A stretch of 64,000 nucleotides of DNA from Candidatus Rokuibacteriota bacterium (GCA_040902305.1 JBBDXN010000134.1:11920-75919); one strand, 5' to 3'; positions 54,413 through 64,000 are shown, counted from the stretch's first letter. Numbers and translations are program-made. The notes: generated from the sequence alone by a model not told the origin.

Positions 54413-55578
54413 GCATCCGCGACCGCGCGTACATCGTCGGCGTCTTCGAGCATCCGACCCGCAAGGCGGACAACATTTCGCTCGCGCAGCTCCACGCGGA
54501 GGTGGCGAACGGCGCGCTGGCGGACGCGGGGCTCACCAAGGACGACGTGGACGGCTACTTCTGCGCGGGCGACGCGCCCGGCCTGGGCGGCCTCTCCATG
54601 GCCGACTACATGGGCCTGCGCCTGCGCCACATCGACACCACCGAGACCGGCGGCTCGTCGTACGTGGTCCACGTGGCCCACGCCGCGGAGGCGATCGCGG
54701 CGGGGCGCTGCGACGTGGCCCTGATCACGCTGGCCGGGCGGCCGCGCGCAGAGGGCATGGCCACCGGCACCGCGCCCCGCAACTACGGCGCGGCCGCGCC
54801 GGACGTGGCCTTCGAGGCGCCGTTCTCCCCGACGGTGGTGAACCAGTACGCGATGGCCGCGATGCGCCACATGCACGAGTTCAAGACCACCAGCGAGCAG
54901 CTCGCGTGGATCAAGGTCGCGGCCTCCCAGCACGCCCAGCACAATCCCCACGCGATGCTGCGCGAGGTCGTCACGGTGGCCGACGTGGTCGGCTCGCCCA
55001 TGATCTCGGATCCGCTGCATCGCCTGGACTGCTGCGTGATCAGCGACGGCGGCGGGGCGGTGATCGTGGCCCGGCCCGAGGTGGCGAAGCGGCTCAAGCG
55101 CCCGCCGGTCACGGTGCGCGGAGCGGGCGAAGCGGTGAAGCACCAGATGGGCGGGCAGGTGGATCTCACCTACTCCGGCGCGCGCTGGTCGGGCCCGGCC
55201 GCGTTCGAGAGCGCGGGCGTGACCCCGGCCGACATCAAGTACGCCTCGATCTACGACAGCTTCACGATCACGGTGCTGATCACGCTGGAGGACCTGGGCT
55301 TCTGCCCCAAGGGGCAGGGCGGGCGCTTCGTCTCCGACGGTAACCTGATCGCAGGAGTCGGCAAGCTACCCTTCAATACCGACGGCGGCGGCCTCTGCAA
55401 CAACCACCCGGCCAACCGCGGCGGCATGACCAAGGTCATCGAAGCGGTGCGCCAGCTCCGCGGCGAGGCGCATCCGAAGGTGCAGGTGAAGAACTGCGCC
55501 CTGGCCCTGGCCCACGGCACCGGCGGCTCCCTCGCCACGCGGCACGCCAGCGCGACCGTCATCCTGGAGGCGAAGTAG
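54409..55578 (+). CDS. thiolase-like (SCP-x type) protein, second copy
   Basis: 389 aa from the ATG at 54409 (ATGA overlap). AYIVGV, GGSSY, and C-terminal NTDGGGL and HGTGG. Confidence 0.85.
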   Translation: MSIRDRAYIVGVFEHPTRKADNISLAQLHAEVANGALADAGLTKDDVDGYFCAGDAPGLGGLSMADYMGLRLRHIDTTETGGSSYVVHVAHAAEAIAAGRCDVALITLAGRPRAEGMATGTAPRNYGAAAPDVAFEAPFSPTVVNQYAMAAMRHMHEFKTTSEQLAWIKVAASQHAQHNPHAMLREVVTVADVVGSPMISDPLHRLDCCVISDGGGAVIVARPEVAKRLKRPPVTVRGAGEAVKHQMGGQVDLTYSGARWSGPAAFESAGVTPADIKYASIYDSFTITVLITLEDLGFCPKGQGGRFVSDGNLIAGVGKLPFNTDGGGLCNNHPANRGGMTKVIEAVRQLRGEAHPKVQVKNCALALAHGTGGSLATRHASATVILEAK

Positions 55579-55580
55579 CC

Positions 55581-55973
55581 ATGGCCGAGACCGCGCGGAA
55601 GATCCTGGCTCCGACCCCGTCACCCGAGACCGCGCCCTTCTGGGAGGCGGCGGCCAAGGGGAAGCTACTCGTGAAGACCTGCACCGCCTGCGCGCGCGCG
55701 CATCACTATCCGCGGCCGATGTGCCCGTTCTGCGGCAGCGACCGCACCGAGTGGAAGGACTCCACGGGCCGCGGCGTCATCTACTCCTACAGCGTGATGC
55801 GGCGCGCGACCCCGCCCTACGTCATCGCCTACGTGACGCTCGACGAGGGCCCCACGATGATGACCAACCTGGTGGACTGCGACTTCGACGCCCTCCGCAT
55901 CGGCCAGCCGGTCCGCGTGGTGTGGACGCCCACCGACGGCGGCCCGCCCGTTCCCATGTTCACCCCGCGGTAG
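55581..55973 (+). CDS. Zn-ribbon/OB-fold protein (DUF35), second copy
   Basis: 130 aa. PFWEAAAKGKLL...C..C...H.PRPMCP.CGS, then an OB fold. Confidence 0.85.
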   Translation: MAETARKILAPTPSPETAPFWEAAAKGKLLVKTCTACARAHHYPRPMCPFCGSDRTEWKDSTGRGVIYSYSVMRRATPPYVIAYVTLDEGPTMMTNLVDCDFDALRIGQPVRVVWTPTDGGPPVPMFTPR

Positions 55974-55974
55974 A

Positions 55975-56101
55975 CCACCCCTCACCCCGCCCCTCTCCCC
56001 TGCGGGGAGTGGGGGGGCGGCAGTTCGTTCTCCCCATTCTGGAGAGAGGGGGGCCGGGGAGTTGTCCCTCTCCCTTCTGGGGAGAGGGCAGGGTGAGGGG
56101 C
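55975..56101. repeat. REP/BIME-like nested-palindrome repeat, copy d (full, three inner hairpins, partly degenerate)
   Basis: CCACCCCTCACCCCG...CCCCTCTCCCC-TGC-GGGGAGTGGGG...CTCCCCATTCTGGAGAG...CCCTCTCCC-TTCT-GGGGAGAGGG-CAGGGTGAGGGG. Confidence 0.8.
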
Positions 56102-56249
56102 CCGCCATCGCTTCCGCGAAATCCTCGATCACGCGTACTGCCGGTTCGAAGTGCCAAGCCTCCCCGGAGCCTCCGTTTGACCCGCCCCTGGCAATCTGGC
56201 AGGATCACCGCGCTGACGTGAGAGGCGAACCGATCAAAGGAGAGACAGA

Positions 56250-57233
56250 ATGAGAGTGTTGCTCGCGGTCATGCTCGTCGTGGCGGTCGGGGTGTCGGCG
56301 GTGGCGGCCCAGGCGCCGGCGCCGGTGAATCTCGCCTTCGCCACCCTGGACACCGGCAGCGCCTGGTACGTCTACGGCGCCACCATATCCGAGCTGTTGC
56401 GCAAGACCCTGCCGCCCGGCTCGAACATCGACGTCAAGCCACGCGCCGGCGGCGTCGGCAACCCGCGCCTGGTGGCCAGGAACGAGACGCCGCTCGGCCT
56501 GGCCTTCACGGTGACCAACCGCTGGGCCTTCGAGGGCAAGGAGGCCTACACCGAGAAGCTCGAGAACATCCGCGCCCTCGTCGGCGGCTTCGACACCTAC
56601 TATCTCGTCGCGATGGCGACGAAGAAGCTCGGGATCACCTCGGTGCGCGAGATCCGCGACAAGAAGCTGCCGATCCGCGTCTACACCCAGCCGGTCGGCT
56701 CGCTCGGCGAGTTCGCCGGGCGCCAGCTGCTACGGGCGACCGGCCTCGGCTACAACGAGATCAAGGGTTTCGGCGGGTCCACACAGCACGTCGGCTACAA
56801 CGTCATCATCGACGCCTTCAAGGACGGCCGCGCCGACATCCTGTTCGCGGTGGTGACCCCCAAGCACCCGTCGGTGAGCGAGATCGTGTCATCGGTGGAC
56901 GTGGAGTTCCTCGGTCTCGACCCCGACATCGCCAAGGCGCTGCTGCCGCTGGGTTACACCGCCGCCACCATGCCGGCCGACACCTTCAAGAACCAGTCGA
57001 AGCCGGTGAGCACGGTCGGGTTCCCGACGGTGCTGATCACCAACAAGGACCTGCCGGAGCCGATCGCCTACACGGTGACGAAGACGGTCGTGGAGAACAA
57101 GGACGCGCTCGTGCGCGGCCACGGCGGCCTGGCCGCCTTCGACCCACGGACGGCGTGGCAGCCCGACAAGGTCGGCATCCCCCTGCATCCGGGCGCCGAG
57201 CGGGCGTACCGCGAGAAGGGGTGGATGAAATAG
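56250..57233 (+). CDS. TAXI-family TRAP transporter solute-binding protein
   Basis: 327 aa. Signal peptide, G..GS..Y..G..I, and the C-terminal PLHPGA..YY.E.G-like motif (IPLHPGAERAYREKGW). Confidence 0.85.
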   Translation: MRVLLAVMLVVAVGVSAVAAQAPAPVNLAFATLDTGSAWYVYGATISELLRKTLPPGSNIDVKPRAGGVGNPRLVARNETPLGLAFTVTNRWAFEGKEAYTEKLENIRALVGGFDTYYLVAMATKKLGITSVREIRDKKLPIRVYTQPVGSLGEFAGRQLLRATGLGYNEIKGFGGSTQHVGYNVIIDAFKDGRADILFAVVTPKHPSVSEIVSSVDVEFLGLDPDIAKALLPLGYTAATMPADTFKNQSKPVSTVGFPTVLITNKDLPEPIAYTVTKTVVENKDALVRGHGGLAAFDPRTAWQPDKVGIPLHPGAERAYREKGWMK

Positions 57234-58888
57234 CCGACGATCTCGTCCTCGTCAATGGGCGCATCCTGACCCTCGACCCGCGGCGCCCGGTCGTCGCCGC
57301 GCTCGCCGTCGCCGGCGGGCGAATCGCGGCGACGGGCGCGCGCGGGCAGGTCGAGCGCCGGCGCGACCGCCACACGCGGGTGATCGACCTGCGCGGGGCG
57401 ACCGTGATCCCCGGGCTCGTCGACGCCCACGCCCACCTCGACCGCGAGGGGCTCAAGCTCGTCTACCCCTCGCTCGCGCGGTGCCGCTCGATCGCCGATA
57501 TTCAACGGCTCATCCGGGCGCACGCGGCCCGCAGGAAACCGGGCGAGTGGATCGTCACGATGCCGGTCGGCGCCCCGCCGTTCTATCAGGGCGCGCCCGA
57601 TTGCCTGGCCGAGCGACGCTGGCCGACGCGCGCGGACCTCGACGCCGCCGCGCCCGACCACCCCGTCTACCTCCGCGGCATCTGGGGCTACTGGAACCGC
57701 CCGCCGGTCTACTCGGTCGCGAACAGTCGGGCTCTCGCGCTCGCCGGAATCACCCGTGAAACGTCGCCGCCGCCGGGCGTGGAGATCGTGAAGGACGCCG
57801 CCGGCCAGCCCACCGGGCTGTTCGTCGAGCACAACCTCATCCAGGTGCTCGAGTTCACCCTGATGCGCGCGGCGCCACGCTTCACGCCCGACGACCGCCT
57901 GCGCGCGCTCCGCGTCTCGCAGCGCCGCTACGCGGCCCGCGGGGTCACCGCGGTGTACGAGGGCCACGGGATCGCGCCCGAGGTGCTGGCCGTCTACCGG
58001 GAGAGCCACGCGCGGCGCGAGCTCCGGCTGCGCTGCACGCTGGCGGTCAGCCCCACGTGGGAAGCCGCCGAGGCCGCGCGCGCCATCCCCGAGCTGGCGG
58101 CGTGGGCCGGCGGGCGCGGGCTCGGCGACGATCGCCTGCGGGTGGGCGGCATCTGCCTGCACTACGGCGGCGCCGCCCGCGTCGCCCGCGTCCTGCACGC
58201 GTCCCAGCCCTACACCGGATGGGCGGGGTTCGTGGAGAGCGCCAACGATCCCGCGGCCTATCTCGAGCAGGCGGAGCTGGCCGCGCGCCACGGGCTGCGC
58301 GTCAACACCCTGGTCACGCGCTGCCTGCCGGAGGTCCTCGACGCGTGGGAGGCGGTGGCGCGGCGCCATCCCATCCGCGGCCGGCGCTGGGTCCTCGTCC
58401 ATCTCAACGCGGCCACTCCCGAGCAGCTGGCGCGCATCCGCCGGCTCGGCGCGGTCGCCACGACCAACCCCATCTCCTATCTCTACCGCTCGGCCGGCGA
58501 GGAGGCGGCCAAGCTCGACGGGGCCGCCGACCAGCTCCTGCCCCACCGGAGCCTGGTCCGCCACCGCATCCCGTTCGGGATCGCCACCGACAACAAGCCG
58601 GCCGACCCCTGGGTCGCCTTCGCGGCGGTGGTAGCCCGCCGCGACATGCGCACGGGCATGGTCGTGGGCGAGCGCGAGCGGCTCACGCGCGGCCAGGCGC
58701 TCGCCGCCCTCACGGAGGGCGGCGCCCGGGTGACGTTCGCGGAGCGCGAGCGCGGCCGGCTGGCCCCGGGCTGGGCGGCCGACCTCGCGGTGCTCGAGCA
58801 CGACCCGCTGACCGCGCCGCTCGAGGCGCTGGTCGGGCAGACCGCGCGGCTCACCCTGGTCGGCGGCGAGGTCGTCCACGATGCCTGA
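57221..58888 (+). CDS. amidohydrolase (Amidohydro_3 family)
   Basis: About 555 aa. LVNGRILTLD, PGLVDAHAHLD, and the C-terminal ADL.VL..DPL motif. The GTG start at 57221 is uncertain and overlaps the TAXI gene end. Confidence 0.8.
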   Translation: MDEIADDLVLVNGRILTLDPRRPVVAALAVAGGRIAATGARGQVERRRDRHTRVIDLRGATVIPGLVDAHAHLDREGLKLVYPSLARCRSIADIQRLIRAHAARRKPGEWIVTMPVGAPPFYQGAPDCLAERRWPTRADLDAAAPDHPVYLRGIWGYWNRPPVYSVANSRALALAGITRETSPPPGVEIVKDAAGQPTGLFVEHNLIQVLEFTLMRAAPRFTPDDRLRALRVSQRRYAARGVTAVYEGHGIAPEVLAVYRESHARRELRLRCTLAVSPTWEAAEAARAIPELAAWAGGRGLGDDRLRVGGICLHYGGAARVARVLHASQPYTGWAGFVESANDPAAYLEQAELAARHGLRVNTLVTRCLPEVLDAWEAVARRHPIRGRRWVLVHLNAATPEQLARIRRLGAVATTNPISYLYRSAGEEAAKLDGAADQLLPHRSLVRHRIPFGIATDNKPADPWVAFAAVVARRDMRTGMVVGERERLTRGQALAALTEGGARVTFAERERGRLAPGWAADLAVLEHDPLTAPLEALVGQTARLTLVGGEVVHDA

Positions 58889-60767
58889 GCTGCGCTCGCC
58901 GCGGGTGTGGCTGGCGATGACCTGGTCGGCCTTCCAGCTCTACACCGCCTACGCCGGGCTCTACGACCTGCTGATCCAGCTCCCGGTGCACGTGGCCTTC
59001 GCGGTCGCGCTCGGATTCTTGACCGAGCCGACCCCCGACTCGCCCGAGGCGGCGGCCCGGCTGGCCGCGCGGCGGCCCCGGCGCTGGCTCGGCGGCGCCC
59101 TCGCCCTGCTGGCCTTGCTCTGCGCCGCGCACTTCGTCTGGCACAACGAGCGGCTGGCGAGCCGGATGGCCATGGTGGACGAACCCGGGCTCGTGGACGT
59201 CGTCGTCGGCGTGCTCTTCACCGCGCTGCTGCTCGAGGCTTCGCGGCGCCACATTGGCCCCGCCCTGGTCATCCTGGCCCTGGCCTTCGTGGCCTACGCG
59301 TTCGTCGGCCCCTGGCTGCCCGGCTTCGTCGGCCACGGCGGAGAAACGTTCCTCTTACTGATAGACCAGCAGACGATGACGACGCAGGGGATCTTCGGGA
59401 TCCCCACGCTGGTCTCGGCGACGTTCATCTTCCTGTTCGTCGTCTTCGGCAGCGCGATGTCCCACGGCGGCCTGCTGCGCTTCTTCACCGACGCCGCCCT
59501 CGCGGTGGCCGGGGGCACCCGAGGCGGAGCGGGGAAGGTCGCGGTGATCTCGAGTGGGCTGTTCGGGACGGTGAACGGCAGCGCGATCGCCAACGCGGTC
59601 ACCACGGGAGCCTTCACCATTCCGCTGATGAAGCGCGCGGGCTACCGGCCGGAGTTCGCCGCGGGCGTCGAGGCATGCGCGTCGATGGGCGGCCAGCTCA
59701 TCCCGCCCGTCATGGGCGCGGCCGCCTTCATCATGGCCGAGACGCTGCAGGTGTCGTACGCCTCGATCGCGGTGGCCGCGGCGATCCCCGGCGTCCTCTA
59801 CTTCGTGGCGGTGGGAGTCATGGTCCACTTCGAGGCCGCCCGCCGGGGTCTGCCGGTGCTCCCGCGCAGCGCACTGCCGCGCCTGGGCGCCGTCCTGCGA
59901 CGCGACTTCTACCTGCTCGGCGGTCCGGCGGTCCTCGTCTGGCTCCTCGTGGAGGGCCGCTCGCCCCTGTTCGCGGGCTTCTGGGGTCTCGTGGTGGCGT
60001 TCGTGCTGTCCTGGGTGCGGCGCGACACGCGGATCGGCGCCGCGCGCGTGCTGGCCATACTGTCCGACAGTGCGCAGGCGGCGATGCCGGTGGCGCTGGC
60101 CTGCGCGACCGTCGGCATCGTGGTCGGGGTCGTCAGCACCACCGGGCTCGGGCTCAAGCTGGCGACGGGGATCGTGAGCCTCGCCCAAGGCAGTCTGCTG
60201 CTGACCTTGATTCTCACGATGGTCGCCGCGCTCGTCCTCGGCACCGGGCTGCCGACCTCCGCGACCTACATCATCACCTCGATCATGGCCGCCCCGGCGC
60301 TGGTCGAGCTCGGCGTCCCGGTGCTGGTCGCCCACATGTTCGTGTTCTACTTCGGGATCCTGGCCGACCTCACCCCGCCGACCGCGATCTCGACCTACGC
60401 GACCTCGTCGATCGCCGGGTCCGACGTGTGGAAGACTCAATGGGTGGGCATGATGCTGGCGCTCTCGGGATTCATCATCCCGTTCTCCTTCGTCTACGAC
60501 CCGGCGCTGCTGCTGATCAACGCCTCCGTGCCCCACATCATCCTGCGCACGCTGGCGGTCACGCTGGGGATCGTCATGCTGGGGGCCGGGCTCATCGGAT
60601 ACTTCCGGGCGCCGACGCGCTGGTGGCAGCGCGCGCTGTTGCTGGTCGGCGCCCTGCTGCTGATCTTCCCCGGCGTCTGGAGCGACACCGCCGGGCTCCT
60701 CTGCTTCGTCGCGGTGGTCATCTCACAGCGCGCCGCGCGTCCGGCCGGCGCCACGGAGGCGGCGTGA
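58881..60767 (+). CDS. TRAP transporter fused DctQ-DctM permease (TAXI type)
   Basis: 628 aa, polytopic. FQLYTA...... N-terminus typical of TAXI-associated fused permeases. Confidence 0.88.
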   Translation: MPELRSPRVWLAMTWSAFQLYTAYAGLYDLLIQLPVHVAFAVALGFLTEPTPDSPEAAARLAARRPRRWLGGALALLALLCAAHFVWHNERLASRMAMVDEPGLVDVVVGVLFTALLLEASRRHIGPALVILALAFVAYAFVGPWLPGFVGHGGETFLLLIDQQTMTTQGIFGIPTLVSATFIFLFVVFGSAMSHGGLLRFFTDAALAVAGGTRGGAGKVAVISSGLFGTVNGSAIANAVTTGAFTIPLMKRAGYRPEFAAGVEACASMGGQLIPPVMGAAAFIMAETLQVSYASIAVAAAIPGVLYFVAVGVMVHFEAARRGLPVLPRSALPRLGAVLRRDFYLLGGPAVLVWLLVEGRSPLFAGFWGLVVAFVLSWVRRDTRIGAARVLAILSDSAQAAMPVALACATVGIVVGVVSTTGLGLKLATGIVSLAQGSLLLTLILTMVAALVLGTGLPTSATYIITSIMAAPALVELGVPVLVAHMFVFYFGILADLTPPTAISTYATSSIAGSDVWKTQWVGMMLALSGFIIPFSFVYDPALLLINASVPHIILRTLAVTLGIVMLGAGLIGYFRAPTRWWQRALLLVGALLLIFPGVWSDTAGLLCFVAVVISQRAARPAGATEAA

Positions 60768-62137
60768 TGGCACAGGGCATCCGGGACTTCGTGGCCGGCT
60801 ACGAGCGCGCCTTCCCCGGCGAGGTCGTGCGGGTTTCCGAGCCGGTGACGACCGACTTCGACGTCATGGCGCTCGTGCTCGAGTACGAGCGGCGCCGCCG
60901 CTGGCCCATTCTCCTGTTCGAGAAGGTCGCGGGCGCCGACATGCCGATCATCGCCAACGTGGTGGCCAGCCGGAAAGCGCTCGCCTGGGCGCTCGGGGTG
61001 CCCGAGACGCGCCTGGCGCGCGAATACGCGCGGCGCATCAAGGACACGATCAAGCCCAAGGTCGTCGGGGATGCCTCCTTCCGCGAGCGCGTGCTGACCG
61101 GGGCCGATCTCGACCTCGGCCGGCTGCCGATCCCGACCTACTTCCCCGGCGACGCCGGCAAATATTTGACGGCCGGCATGCTGGTCGCACGCGATCCCGA
61201 GACGGGCGTGGAGACGGAAGGCTACCACCGCTTCCAGGTGAAGGGCCGCGACCGCATGGGCGTGAGCCTCCACTCGCGGCGCCGCATGTTCGAGTACCAG
61301 CGCCGCGCCGAGGCCCGCGGCCAGGCGCTGCCGTGCGCGGTCGCGCTCGGCCTCCACCCGCTGGTGTCGATGGGCTCGCTCGCCTACCCGCCCGCCGAGG
61401 TCGGCAAGTTCGAGGTGGTGGGCGGGCTCTTCGGCGAGCCGCTCGAGGTCGGACCATGTACCTCGATAGACCTGACGGTTCCGGCCGCGGCCGAGATCGT
61501 GATCGAGGGAGAGATCCTCCCCGGGGTGCGCGAGCCCGAGGGCCCGTTCGGCGAGTTCACCGGCTACTTCTCGCGCCGCTCGACCGAGCACGTCTTCCAG
61601 GCAAAGGCGATCTCGATGCGGGCCGCCCCGTGGTTCCAGTCGATCGGCTCCGGCCGCGCCGGCGATCACATCACGACGCTGGCCCTCGTGCGCGAGGCGG
61701 AGATCTGGAACGCGCTCCAGCGGGTGATCCCCAACGTGACCGGCGTCCACGTGCCGCTGTCCGGCACGTCGTCCTTCAGCGCCTACATCGCCATCAAGCA
61801 GGGCCGCCCGGGCGAGGCCAAGCACGTGATCCCGATCGTGCTCGGCGTGGACCACTACCTGAAGCTCGTGGTCGTGGTGGACGACGACATCGACGTGTTC
61901 GACGAGTCCGACGTGATGTGGGCGGTGGCCACGCGGATGCAGGCCGACCGCGACCTGGTCACCATCGGCGGGAGCCTCGGCGCGCTGCTCGACCCGAGCG
62001 CCGACGAGCGCGGAGTCACCGCCAAGCTCGGCATCGACGCCACGCGCCCGTTCGGCGAGCCCTTCGCGGCCAAGCTGGTGATGGATCCCGCGAAGATGGC
62101 GTGGGCGCGCGCGCTGGTCGACCGCCTCGGCGGCTGA
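60767..62137 (+). CDS. UbiD-family (prFMN-dependent) decarboxylase
   Basis: 456 aa from the ATG at 60767 (TGATG overlap). EGPFGEFTGYF, YHRFQV, VVVDDDIDV. No UbiX-like gene in the window. Confidence 0.9.
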   Translation: MAQGIRDFVAGYERAFPGEVVRVSEPVTTDFDVMALVLEYERRRRWPILLFEKVAGADMPIIANVVASRKALAWALGVPETRLAREYARRIKDTIKPKVVGDASFRERVLTGADLDLGRLPIPTYFPGDAGKYLTAGMLVARDPETGVETEGYHRFQVKGRDRMGVSLHSRRRMFEYQRRAEARGQALPCAVALGLHPLVSMGSLAYPPAEVGKFEVVGGLFGEPLEVGPCTSIDLTVPAAAEIVIEGEILPGVREPEGPFGEFTGYFSRRSTEHVFQAKAISMRAAPWFQSIGSGRAGDHITTLALVREAEIWNALQRVIPNVTGVHVPLSGTSSFSAYIAIKQGRPGEAKHVIPIVLGVDHYLKLVVVVDDDIDVFDESDVMWAVATRMQADRDLVTIGGSLGALLDPSADERGVTAKLGIDATRPFGEPFAAKLVMDPAKMAWARALVDRLGG

Positions 62138-62147
62138 GGAGCTCCGC

Positions 62148-63236
62148 GTGACCGACCACCCGAGCACTCACGGGGAGGCCAGGTCCTCGCCGCTGAAATC
62201 GCTCATGAAGTGGGTCGGAATCGTGGCGGCGGTGCTGTCGCTCATCGCGGGGGTGCGTCAGGTTCTCACGCTGACCGGCGAGTCCGCGGAGCGCGAGCGG
62301 CGCATCGGCGAATTGCTGGCGACCGGCGCGGCACAGCAGTCGGCCAAGGACTATCCGCAGGCGTGGATGAGCTTCGAGACGGCGTTGACGCAGGCAGAGC
62401 AGGGCAATCTCCTCGCCAAGCTGACACGTCGTCTGGGCGAGCGGCGGCGACAGGTGAGAGTGGCTCAAGAGGATCTGGCGATGCAATGGCTGGAGAGCAT
62501 CGCGGTGCCTCCGGGGCAGACATTCGCGAGCATCGTCGACAAGGTTCTGCCCGTGCTGCATCGGGGCGTTCTTGAAGGCTCCGGCGCGCGAGCCGGCGAC
62601 CTGTATGCGCACGTGGGCTGGGGATACTTCTTGAAGCGGCGCGATGGACCGTCGTCGCTGGACCCCGCTCCGTGGTACGTCAAGGCGCTCGAGGCCGATT
62701 CCGCCAATCCCTATGCGCATGCCTTCTCGGGTCACTGGAAGATGTGGAACCACGAGCCGCTCGACGCCGCGATGGGCGAGTTCGCCGCGGCCATCGCGAG
62801 CAATCGTGAACGCGCGTTCGTGCGCGGCTTGCAGGTCGCGGCGTTGGTGAATCGGGGCAGCGCCGACGCGCGCCTGGAGCTCGTCAAGGCGGCCAACGAC
62901 GTGCGCAAGAACGACGAACCCATGGACGGGCGAATGCGGCGCGAGCTGCGGGTGATCTACCATCTCGCCCTGAACGACAAGCCCTTCACGCAACGTCTGA
63001 TCACGGCGCTACCGGTGACCGAGCAGCTGGCGACCATCGAGATGGTCACAGCCGGTCCCTCCTCCGCGGCGGGGTCGGACGATTCGTTGAGCGTCGCGAC
63101 CGCGCTCCTGGAAGAGGCCGGAGGCGAGCCGGCACGCGCGGTGAAGACCTGGCGTGCGGTGCGCGCGAATCAATCGGAGTCGGACAGTCCCCTGGCCCGG
63201 CGAGCGGACGCGGCGATCAAGCGCCTGGCGAGATGA
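62148..63236 (+). CDS. membrane-anchored hypothetical protein (helical-repeat-like ectodomain)
   Basis: 362 aa with a GTG start and one TM helix (WVGIVAAVLSLIAGV). The remainder is alpha-helical and TPR-like by eye. No family recognised. Confidence 0.5.
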   Translation: MTDHPSTHGEARSSPLKSLMKWVGIVAAVLSLIAGVRQVLTLTGESAERERRIGELLATGAAQQSAKDYPQAWMSFETALTQAEQGNLLAKLTRRLGERRRQVRVAQEDLAMQWLESIAVPPGQTFASIVDKVLPVLHRGVLEGSGARAGDLYAHVGWGYFLKRRDGPSSLDPAPWYVKALEADSANPYAHAFSGHWKMWNHEPLDAAMGEFAAAIASNRERAFVRGLQVAALVNRGSADARLELVKAANDVRKNDEPMDGRMRRELRVIYHLALNDKPFTQRLITALPVTEQLATIEMVTAGPSSAAGSDDSLSVATALLEEAGGEPARAVKTWRAVRANQSESDSPLARRADAAIKRLAR

Positions 63237-63308
63237 GCGCCTACGGCGCGCCCGGGCCGGAACCCTAGCCCGCGCTATTCACGAATGCGTGTCCCGCGTC
63301 CGGCCCGC

Positions 63309-63412
63309 CCCCTCCACCAGCCCCCTCACCCGGCCCCTCTCCCCCTCCGGGGGCGAGGGGATCGAAACGGCTCCCTCTCCCTCGGCGAGGGAGCGGGTCG
63401 GGGTGAGGGTGG
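63309..63412. repeat. REP/BIME-like nested-palindrome repeat, copy e (diverged)
   Basis: CCCCCTCACCCGG-CCCCTCTCCCCC-TCC-GGGGGCGAGGGG ... CTCCCTCTCCCTC-GGC-GAGGGAGCGGG-TCGGGGTGAGGGTGG. Same architecture, between convergent genes. Confidence 0.7.
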
Positions 63413-63437
63413 CGCCCGTGTTCACGCATGGTCCGGG

Positions 63438-64000
63438 CTAGAGCCTCGCCATCACCCGATCCGCGAAGTCCTCGATCACGCGGTACTGCCGGTTCAGCGG
63501 CGGGTAGAGCATGATCTGGCTCAGCCCCTGGCTCTCCAGCTCCTTCAATCGCTCCACCACGCGTTCGGGCACCCCGGTCAGGCACGTCGCCTCGATCAGC
63601 GCCGGCGTGAGGAAGCGCGCCTCCTCCGGGTCCACGAAGCTGTAGTGGCTGCCGTGCAGGCGCTGGTGCCGGACCTCGGCCGGCGCCTCGTTCAGCCAGT
63701 CGAGATAGCCCTTCCAGACCGGCCGCGCGTAGGCGGGCGGCTCCGCGCCGGTCTCCAGATGGTGCGCGACCAGGTAGTGGAGCCCCGAGATCACCGCGGC
63801 GCCGCACTCCGCGATGATCCGCTCGGAGTTGGCGGCCTCGCCCGGCTGGCGCAGCGCCACGTTGACCATCGCGGCGGTGTGGAAGCCCGCGGGTAGGGCG
63901 CGTCCGGTTTTCTCGGAGCCGCGGCGCGCGTTGGCGAGCATCTCCGGCACGGTGCCGCCGCGGGGCATGCCGGAGATGAGCCCATCGCCCAGCTCGCCGG
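63438..64000 (-). CDS. LLM-class F420/flavin-dependent oxidoreductase (5' end outside window)
   Basis: The frame is open to the window edge (...GELGDGLISGMPRGG...). The C-terminal part matches luciferase-like monooxygenases (LGDG.I, ...TGVPERVVERLKELESQG). Confidence 0.75.
   Translation of the reverse strand, partial: GELGDGLISGMPRGGTVPEMLANARRGSEKTGRALPAGFHTAAMVNVALRQPGEAANSERIIAECGAAVISGLHYLVAHHLETGAEPPAYARPVWKGYLDWLNEAPAEVRHQRLHGSHYSFVDPEEARFLTPALIEATCLTGVPERVVERLKELESQGLSQIMLYPPLNRQYRVIEDFADRVMARL

Overview
This is a gene-dense, very G+C-rich bacterial chromosomal segment, judged by eye rather than computed. It is probably from an uncultured soil or sediment lineage; I cannot place it taxonomically from sequence alone. 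I support about 70 protein-coding genes. I saw no rRNA, tRNA, CRISPR array, transposase or integrase.

Most long ORFs in the six-frame track are alternative-frame artefacts of the high G+C. True genes were picked by recognisable family motifs, Shine-Dalgarno sequences and pervasive 4-nt ATGA/GTGA/TTGA stop-start overlaps.

Gene content is mainly accessory catabolism:
- acyl-CoA carboxyltransferase, enoyl-CoA hydratase and many SDRs
- two thiolase/DUF35 pairs, two Zn-ADHs, two enolase-superfamily enzymes and two D-2-hydroxyacid dehydrogenases
- a CoxLSM-type molybdo-flavoprotein and a MopB molybdoenzyme
- a split TPP decarboxylase, a UbiD decarboxylase and amidohydrolases
- transport systems: an Fe3+-type ABC transporter, an MFS transporter and a TAXI-TRAP system

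The main result is three genes with in-frame UGA codons that the ORF track truncates or misses. Each UGA sits at a redox or catalytic Cys position and is followed by a SECIS-like hairpin:
1. A UGSC-family selenoprotein (28688-29218, minus strand) in a four-gene translationally coupled operon.
2. An organomercurial lyase MerB homolog whose UGA aligns with catalytic Cys159 (33052-33714).
3. An adjacent glutaredoxin-like U-x-x-C protein (33717-33956).

Genes 2 and 3, plus a Cys-rich zinc-ribbon protein, lie behind a textbook MerR operator/promoter with a 19-bp spacer, divergent from a Hg-type merR. No merA, merT or merP is present in the window. I consider this a candidate selenium-based organomercury-handling module, but I cannot verify from here whether it is novel.

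Other points:
- a PstI/BsuBI-type restriction-modification pair in a visibly lower-G+C islet
- a second low-G+C islet carrying a SAM methyltransferase and a polysaccharide deacetylase
- a nested-palindrome REP/BIME-like repeat family with 5 copies, one inserted in-frame inside the coxM-like gene
- a second 28-nt repeat
- two gene remnants: a truncated PP2C phosphatase and an internally deleted cyclase/TPR protein
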